Shown: positions 20,510 through 26,451 of the stretch, piece after piece | Position numbering within the stretch: the first letter of the stretch is position 1 | Layout: every line of letters starts with the position of its first letter | Assembly (NCBI GenBank): GCA_041653795.1 | Contig: JBAZER010000004.1 | Coordinates: forward strand, 8,493-72,492 | Direction of reading: 5' to 3' | Source of the DNA: Candidatus Omnitrophota bacterium | GTDB lineage: Bacteria; Omnitrophota; Omnitrophia; Omnitrophales; Aquincolibacteriaceae | Length of the DNA stretch: 64,000 bases | Position numbers and translations under genes: made by a program | Notes under the pieces: generated by a model | Database searches by the model: none | Told to the model about the DNA's origin: nothing | What the model saw: only the letters and a program-made list of their open reading frames with translations

Positions 20510-21081
20510 TTTTCTCTTTTGCAGGTTAGGACAATCCCGTAATGGTACGGTTTTAGATCGTAAAGTTCCGGCGAAACGAATCCAGCGCTCTCGGCCCACC
20601 GGATGCAATCTTCGGGCTTGGGACGGATATCTATGGAAGGCCCTCGCGGTGTCGAAGGATCGTAGTTCCAATGAATAATGCCGAGTTTGCCATCCGGTTT
20701 TAATACCCGTTTCGCTTCTTTAAGCAGGACCAAAGGATCCTCGAGATGAAGGATATTAAAAAGCATGACATAATCGACGCGGGCATCGGGCAAACCCGAT
20801 CCTTCGGCCATGAAGTCCCGCAGCAGAACCCGAACGTTATGGATCCCCTGCTTTTTCGCCTCTTGATCCGTGATCCGGATCATTTCGGGCTCGATATCCA
20901 AAGCGTAGATCTGTCCGCGAATGATCTTGGCAGCGGCCAAGGTGAATGTTCCGTATCCGCACCCGAATTCGACCACATCACGGGTTTGTCCGTTGATCCC
21001 CAGGGTCATGATGACGCGATGCGGATCGAAAAAGTTCTCCCATGTCCCGCGATCCGGCATTCCGCTTTCTCTGGTTTTCAT
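20506..21081 (-). CDS. class I SAM-dependent methyltransferase
   Basis: 191 aa; VVEFGCGYGTFTL motif I; LKPDGKLGIIHW post-motif region. Looks like a small-molecule type, with no DNA-MTase motifs. Confidence 0.8.
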   Translation of the reverse strand: MKTRESGMPDRGTWENFFDPHRVIMTLGINGQTRDVVEFGCGYGTFTLAAAKIIRGQIYALDIEPEMIRITDQEAKKQGIHNVRVLLRDFMAEGSGLPDARVDYVMLFNILHLEDPLVLLKEAKRVLKPDGKLGIIHWNYDPSTPRGPSIDIRPKPEDCIRWAESAGFVSPELYDLKPYHYGIVLTCKREK

Positions 21082-21170
21082 AGGCCCTGACTTTTATTAC
21101 ATTTCACTAATAAGGAAGTCAAGGTTGTCCTTGTCTTAGATTTGATTCCCCTAAGGGTTGGCAAGGGCTG

Positions 21171-21210
21171 CCCCAATTTCAGATTCCCTGAAATTGATAA
21201 GAATTGGGAC
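21171..21210. repeat. family B hairpin unit (part of a degenerate duplicate of 17570-17630)
   Basis: GGTTGGCAAGGGCTGCCCCAATTTCAGATTCCCTGAAATTGATAAGAATTGGGAC, about 91% identical to 17575-17626 including flanks. Confidence 0.7.
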
Positions 21211-21257
21211 TGTCACGATTTCCGCTTCCCTGTAATCCATGATAATCATGATGCCCC

Positions 21258-21440
21258 TCATCCTTTTCCTCTATCCGGAAAGCATCGTTTCCTCCCCTCA
21301 ATAATAAGCGCTACGCCGGCCAAAAAGAACGAGAGAAACCCCAGGAATGAGAAAACCATGCTGGGCAAGGTCCCCACCCAGAACGCACAACCGATGAGCG
21401 CCAACCCGGGGAGAAAATATTTCCAAAGATAATTTTTCAT
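21258..21440 (-). CDS. small two-TM membrane protein (copy 2, divergent C-terminus; possibly a pseudogene)
   Basis: MKNYLWKYFLPGLALIGCAFWVGTLPSMVFSFLGFLSFFLAGVALIIEGRKRCFPDRGKG; DNA is about 87% identical to 17881-18024 (hand alignment, 18 mismatches in 144). Confidence 0.4.
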   Translation of the reverse strand: MKNYLWKYFLPGLALIGCAFWVGTLPSMVFSFLGFLSFFLAGVALIIEGRKRCFPDRGKG

Positions 21441-21604
21441 AACCAAGGTTATTCTCGCAGAATCAATCGGCAACCGCAAGTAAGAGCGCTCCGGCGGGAA
21501 GTGTGTTTCGCCAACGTTCGCCATGATTCTCCATAGTCAAAAAATAAACGGGTAATCATGACTGTCCAAGTCGCCATTAATGAAAAGAAAATAAAGACTT
21601 GGGC

Positions 21605-21645
21605 GCCATGCCCCACCGAGGCATGGCTGAACTCGCGAGCGTCGG
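21605..21645 (+). repeat. family H hairpin (variable stem, conserved CCAsCGA loop, CTCGCG tail)
   Basis: GCCATGCC-CCACCGA-GGCATGGC-TGAACTCGCGAGCGTCGG. Confidence 0.5.
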
Positions 21646-21749
21646 CCTCGATGAGAAACCCTGGCTCTCGGCCTCCTTAGCGTGGCTTAACACACTTCCC
21701 GCCGTCACTTTATATTAGAAAAGGCGAAGGGTTGAGACGAGGCACGCTA

Positions 21750-21832
21750 GTCCCAATACCTATCAATTTTCACGAAGTGGAAATTGGGGCAATCCTTGTC
21801 ACCATTATGGAAAAGAATGAAAGACAAGGATA
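21750..21832 (+). repeat. family B composite repeat
   Basis: GTCCCAATACCTATCAATTTTCACGAAGTGGAAATTGGGGC + AATCCTTGTCACCATTATGGAAAAGAATGAAAGACAAGGAT. Confidence 0.75.
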
Positions 21833-22122
21833 GAACGACGAGCGGGCAGGGACTTCTCGAAGAGAAGGAGCGAGGAGTGGAGGGCGAACGAGGGAATCCA
21901 CGCCGGGGATTCCCGAGTGGTGACGAGGCTCAAGCCCGAAGCCTTCGCGTGGATAAAAGCTCGATATTGAAGTGGGACGGCAGGGTCGAAACATTTGGTC
22001 AGTTTCGTACGTTGTCGTACACGGAGATCCTTTGAAAGTGACGACAACGCACTGACACAAGGGTGTCAGTGTCCGGACACACTTGCGCCAGTGCGCAAGT
22101 GCGTAAAAGTCGGAATGATCTG

Positions 22123-23319
22123 TCAATTCCGTACTTTTACGGCATATCCTTTTTCTAAAAGCAGGTTATTAAGGTAGCACTCGTGCCCTGTGGCACCAGT
22201 ACCTCCGGTCGAAGCTCCGAAGCTTCGTACCGGAAGGATCTCTTGGCCGTCTATGTCCGCCACACTGCTCGGCGGATTACTTCGGCTCGCTTTCTGTGGG
22301 ACCGGGTAAAACACGTCGGCTTCGTAACGGTCGTAGGTGGCGTTCTTACTGCTCAGGACGGTGAGGGACGGGACGCCTTTCAGGACCTTTTCCACGAACT
22401 GTTTCGCCTTTTTTCCCTCCCCGGTATCGATCTCGGGGCAATCGATCCCCCGGAGCCTCAGCTTCTGGCGGCTGGCCCCTCGCATACCGGTATCCAGCAT
22501 GACCCAGAGCGTGTCCCCGTCGACCACGCTCTCGAGATAGGCCCGGTAAGTGAAAAGGTCTTGGGCCGTGCGGCCGTCCTTCACAAGTTTCGTACCGGTC
22601 CATGCGACGATGTCCCCGGCCTTCAGCCCGCGGGCTTCCGCGGACGTCAGGGCGCGGTAGCCCTTGAACCCGTGGTCCAGAAGCAGAATGTTCTTGTCAG
22701 GCCAGGGGGTTTCGTTGGGGTCCTTGATCCGGCAAGTGTTTAAAAGCCCCAGCTTCGGGACTTTGAGCAGTTCGGTGGGATTTTTCTCCTGCGAAGACGG
22801 GGACATCAAGTCCCCGCGAGCGTGCCGAAAAGACAGCTTTTCGGCTACCTGCGCACGCACGGATTCATGGCGAACCAGGGCGCGAAGATCATTCCGGGTC
22901 AGACCTTCCCGGAGGGCGCGGCGTTCCAGGGCCTTGCGTTTTTGAACATCCTGGACCGTCAGAAGTTCGATGTGATGGGCCCAGGGCAATTCGCGCGCGG
23001 GCGCGCGTTTCCGGTTTTCCAGATAAAACTGGCGCATCCGCCGGAGGCTCGCAACGGAAAATCCCGATCCCAGGTTTTCGGTAAGTTCTGCGGAAAATTT
23101 GTGGATGCGGCCGGCGCCGTAAGCGGCGCGGGGTTCGCCGTCCTGTTCGATCTCCACGACGTATTGACCGGTCTTCCAGTAGGCCGTGGCGAGAGAGTGG
23201 CGGGCGGTATTGAAAAGCCGGATGACGTCGGCAACGATCTCTTTGTACCGGCTGGGCGTCAATTTGTTCGTCACGGCGAACCTCCCGTTCCTTCGCGGAT
23301 CCTTACAGGTGCGGGACAA
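22123..23319 (-). CDS. DUF1016 N-terminal domain fused to a full staphylococcal-nuclease (SNase) domain
   Basis: 398 aa; YWKTGQYVVEIEQ...FSVASLRRMRQFYLE (YhcG-like N-domain); VVDGDTLWV, LRLRGIDCPE, YDRYEADVFY, YLNNLLLEKGYAV (SNase OB-fold motifs). Confidence 0.7.
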   Translation of the reverse strand: MSRTCKDPRRNGRFAVTNKLTPSRYKEIVADVIRLFNTARHSLATAYWKTGQYVVEIEQDGEPRAAYGAGRIHKFSAELTENLGSGFSVASLRRMRQFYLENRKRAPARELPWAHHIELLTVQDVQKRKALERRALREGLTRNDLRALVRHESVRAQVAEKLSFRHARGDLMSPSSQEKNPTELLKVPKLGLLNTCRIKDPNETPWPDKNILLLDHGFKGYRALTSAEARGLKAGDIVAWTGTKLVKDGRTAQDLFTYRAYLESVVDGDTLWVMLDTGMRGASRQKLRLRGIDCPEIDTGEGKKAKQFVEKVLKGVPSLTVLSSKNATYDRYEADVFYPVPQKASRSNPPSSVADIDGQEILPVRSFGASTGGTGATGHECYLNNLLLEKGYAVKVRN

Positions 23320-23354
23320 AAATCAACCTCTCTCTGAGGACAATGTCCGGGTTA

Positions 23355-23756
23355 CTATTTTCTTTCTTCCGCCCGTTTAAGGACCTTCCGGACAAAAACG
23401 AGATATTCCCCGGATTCTTTTTCACTGATCAGCTCCCCCGCGCCGTAAAGGTCCTGATTGCGTTTCATTCTCATAGAATTTCCGAAAACCAGAATATCCG
23501 AATCCGCCAGGATCTCGCTCATCCGCTCGAGGATCTTCACGTGGTGCCCCGGGAGGCTGCGTACCTTCCGGCCTTCCTGCGCGCACAGAGCCATGCCGGT
23601 TTTGATCAGGGCTTGAAAGGCGTAGGTAAAACGAACCTCCGGAAAGGGATCTTTTTCCGCGATCTCAAGATCACGATGCGCGTTCCGGAAACGCTGGCGG
23701 ATCTCTTCTGCGGCGAACTTGAAAGGTTGGAAAAATTCCCTCTCCGCGGCCGTCAT
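23355..23756 (-). CDS. HEPN-domain protein (putative toxin partner of the upstream nucleotidyltransferase)
   Basis: 133 aa all-helical; RMKRNQDLY resembles the HEPN R-x4-6-H motif with Tyr in place of His; ATGA overlap with the MNT gene. Confidence 0.55.
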   Translation of the reverse strand: MTAAEREFFQPFKFAAEEIRQRFRNAHRDLEIAEKDPFPEVRFTYAFQALIKTGMALCAQEGRKVRSLPGHHVKILERMSEILADSDILVFGNSMRMKRNQDLYGAGELISEKESGEYLVFVRKVLKRAEERK

Positions 23757-24295
23757 ACCAACCGGACCTTTTTCTTTTTCGCGAGGGACTTGAAGAAGGG
23801 GTCTTTCTTGAGCTTTTCGTGATATTCCCGCGGGTCCGCGCTGATCACATTGATCTCGCGATCCGTCTCTTTTTGGAACGTCGCGACCGCTTTCTGAAGC
23901 GCGAGAGTGTCATGCCCGCCGATGACAAGAAGGTCGATATCGCTCGCGGCATCCATTTTTCCGCTGGCATAAGAACCGAAGATAAAGGCCTGCTCGATCC
24001 CGGGGATGCCCGAAAGCGCGTCCCGGAGCTTTTGCTCAAGACCGATCGTTTTGAGAACGATCCCCTTGTATTCTTTAAGGAGCGGGTAATCCCGGTTCAG
24101 GGAGTAATAAGAGGCGCCCCCGCGCTCGCAACATTTCAGGACCCCTTCCCGCTCAAGCTCTTTGAGCTTGCGGGAAAGGTTCCCGTCATCCAGCGAAAAT
24201 TTACGGGCCATTTCGCTGACGTAAAGCTCGGCATCCTCATGCAGGAACATATAACCCAGGATGGCTTTTGTGTGTTTGGAACGCATGCTGATCAT
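23753..24295 (-). CDS. wHTH + minimal nucleotidyltransferase (MNT) domain protein
   Basis: 180 aa; FIFGSYASGKMDAASDIDLLVIG (GSxxxG...DxD of the Pol-beta NTase fold); N-terminal wHTH ELYVSEMARKFSLDDGNLSRKLKELEREG. Confidence 0.75.
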   Translation of the reverse strand: MISMRSKHTKAILGYMFLHEDAELYVSEMARKFSLDDGNLSRKLKELEREGVLKCCERGGASYYSLNRDYPLLKEYKGIVLKTIGLEQKLRDALSGIPGIEQAFIFGSYASGKMDAASDIDLLVIGGHDTLALQKAVATFQKETDREINVISADPREYHEKLKKDPFFKSLAKKKKVRLV

Positions 24296-24307
24296 CGGAG
24301 CATCCTT

Positions 24308-24347
24308 CCCTGTAGTTAATTACAGGGAATACTGTAACTTAGTACAG
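24308..24347. promoter_or_regulatory. candidate operator: tandem inverted repeats upstream of the wHTH-MNT gene
   Basis: CCCTGTA-gttaat-TACAGGG (24308-24327) followed by ACTGTA-acttag-TACAGG (24331-24348), 13 nt upstream of the ATG at 24295. Confidence 0.35.
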
Positions 24348-24401
24348 GGGGCTTGTCAAGCCCGGCTCACAGAGCGAAGGCGGGGTACTGTTCTACAAAT
24401 C

Positions 24402-24671
24402 TCATAGGGCGGCAAGGCGCTTCTTCGCGGCGTCCCCGCTTGCGTAGACCGCGCCCTTTTCGCAGACCATTTTTTCGATTTTCCCCCACTCCTTGGGAGT
24501 ATAGGGAGACTGCACAGTCACTTGACACGGCAGGATCATAATCCCGTCCTTCGTCACGCCGAACGCGACGGCGGACCCCTTCTGCAAACCGAGGATCTTA
24601 CGAACGCTGTTGGGTATGGTCACCTGTCCTTTGGATGTCATCTTCGTCGTTTCAATGATCGTCATCGGCAC
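24402..24671 (-). CDS. AbrB/MazE/SpoVT-family DNA-binding protein (antitoxin-like)
   Basis: 89 aa; SKGQVTIPNSVRKILGLQKGSAVAF swapped-hairpin motif. Confidence 0.7.
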   Translation of the reverse strand: MPMTIIETTKMTSKGQVTIPNSVRKILGLQKGSAVAFGVTKDGIMILPCQVTVQSPYTPKEWGKIEKMVCEKGAVYASGDAAKKRLAAL

Positions 24672-24850
24672 GGCTCCTTGTCAGAATAGCGTTAGGTATT
24701 ACTTCCTTACTTCCCAACCAGGAGGATAACGGCTCAAGAAAGGAAAGTCAAGCGCGGGCCATCTGTTGGGCTATGGGCTTTGATCGGACGGGAGCCCCTC
24801 ACCCCCGCTTGTCCGCCAAAGCTTTGTGTTAAATGGTACCAGGAGCCTTT

Positions 24851-26449
24851 CTATGCATCAAAAGGCTTTAAACTAACTCTGGCCTTGATAGCATCACATT
24901 CTCGCATATAACAATCTTCAAAAATTTCTGATATCTTTTTCTCGTATTTCTCCTTGTCGTCTTTTGGCACTTGGTATAAAACAGCATCGTGCATGGGCAG
25001 TAAAAAATCCGCATCTCCCAGAGAAGAATCTACTGCCAGGATTGCCCTTTTCAAAATTAGAGATGCTGTACCCTGGATGCGTTGGCTTATAACCCATTTC
25101 TCCTCATTTGCCGAGAGCGTTTCCTTCGTCGAAGGCCGATAACGATAGTTGCCATTGCGCGTACCAATCCTGCCTTCTCTGAGAAGAGCATCACACAGCT
25201 TTTTTTTCCACTCGTTAATTTGTTTAAACTGATCAAAAAAATTATCAACAGCCGCTTGAACGGCAGCCTGATTTTGCCCTGTTGATTCAAATATCATCTT
25301 AACGAGATTTTCTTTTTTCATGCCAAATGAAAAAGAAAGAAATATTTTTTTTGCTATATCCCGATTGGCTTTTTCTCCCAGAATAGCCTTCCCTAAAGCT
25401 GTATACACATCTCCAGAATTATATAAATTGATTAACGCTTTATCTTTTGCATCGTCGGCAAGAATTCCGGGTTCGAATTGGCTAAAATCTGGATATATTA
25501 ATATTTTCTCTCTGTCTGAAGCTATGATGTCACGATTTTCTCGTTTTAGTTGCTGCAAGTGAGGATCGGTGACTGTGGCTCTTCCGGTTACTGTTCCTAG
25601 TGAATCGTAATATGGAAAAACCCTGTTTGACCCTATCGCTCCAAATCTCAAAAGAATGCCTTTATCCCTCTCGGCTTTTTTGACTCGTTGAAAATGGAAC
25701 AAAAGATCAATTTTCGCCTCATAGAGACTAGCTAAGTCATCAAAAATATCCGTAAAAACACATTTGGCAAGGTAATCGTAACCGTTATCTTTCAGAGATT
25801 TAGCCAACGTCTTTTTGTCAGAAACATCGATGATGCCCCATTGGTCTCTCAGCTGTTCATTGGATAAACGGGTCTGCTCATCAAGAATATCCAACCGCCT
25901 CAACAATCGCTTTGTGTTAATTCTAATTCCTCGATATTGGCTTCTAAGCATGATGCGCTGGACTGGGTTTTCTATGCTGTAAAATCTATCCTTCTCACCT
26001 TTTATCTCAAGCTGGTCGTTCATATGTTGCCATACGTTAATCAAAGATGAGGATAGCTGCCCCAATAATCTGCTTATCTCTAGTACGCCGATATTCGTTT
26101 CACCTTTAAGGCAAATCCGTTTCAACAGATCAAAATCTTTCTCGATCTTGAAGTATGGCTTGATCAATTGCCAAATACTCCATGGAGCCTCTCTCTTTTT
26201 GTCTTCATACGGTTGGCCAACGACGAGCCGAGCCGCCAGACAAACATCTATAATTTTTATCGGAAAATCTGTTTTTATATTTTTAAAATATGGAATAAGC
26301 CGATTTAATTCATATGAAATTATTTCGGTTTTAATTCTACTGAGGTCTTTCGCATCCACAATCTGCGGAGGATGGCCCTGCTTTCCTAGAAAAAGAATGG
26401 GAGGAACTTCTATGTTGAATGGGTCTAAAACATAACTTAAGAAGAACAT
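24851..26449 (-). CDS. family A (Pol I-like) DNA polymerase domain protein, no nuclease domains recognised
   Basis: 532 aa. TVTGRATVTDPHLQQL (cf. TxTGRLSSxxPNLQN). ILIYPDFSQFEPGILA (motif A, cf. DYSQIELR). RDIAKKIFLSFSFGM (motif B, cf. RRxAKxxNFGxxYG). QGTASLILK (cf. QGTAADIIK). LLPMHDAVLYQVPKDD (motif C, cf. QVHDELVFEVHKDD, Glu to Ala). The ATG lies 2 nt after the RT stop. Confidence 0.8.
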   Translation of the reverse strand: MFFLSYVLDPFNIEVPPILFLGKQGHPPQIVDAKDLSRIKTEIISYELNRLIPYFKNIKTDFPIKIIDVCLAARLVVGQPYEDKKREAPWSIWQLIKPYFKIEKDFDLLKRICLKGETNIGVLEISRLLGQLSSSLINVWQHMNDQLEIKGEKDRFYSIENPVQRIMLRSQYRGIRINTKRLLRRLDILDEQTRLSNEQLRDQWGIIDVSDKKTLAKSLKDNGYDYLAKCVFTDIFDDLASLYEAKIDLLFHFQRVKKAERDKGILLRFGAIGSNRVFPYYDSLGTVTGRATVTDPHLQQLKRENRDIIASDREKILIYPDFSQFEPGILADDAKDKALINLYNSGDVYTALGKAILGEKANRDIAKKIFLSFSFGMKKENLVKMIFESTGQNQAAVQAAVDNFFDQFKQINEWKKKLCDALLREGRIGTRNGNYRYRPSTKETLSANEEKWVISQRIQGTASLILKRAILAVDSSLGDADFLLPMHDAVLYQVPKDDKEKYEKKISEIFEDCYMRECDAIKARVSLKPFDA

Positions 26450-26451
26450 GA

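Noticed and set aside
21770-22126. ORFs of 80-118 aa in the 21.5-22.1 kb gap
   Set aside because: They are composed of family B/C repeat translations (..FFSIMVTRIAPIS.., ..GIPGVD..). There is no coding signal, so the region is treated as repeat-filled non-coding DNA.
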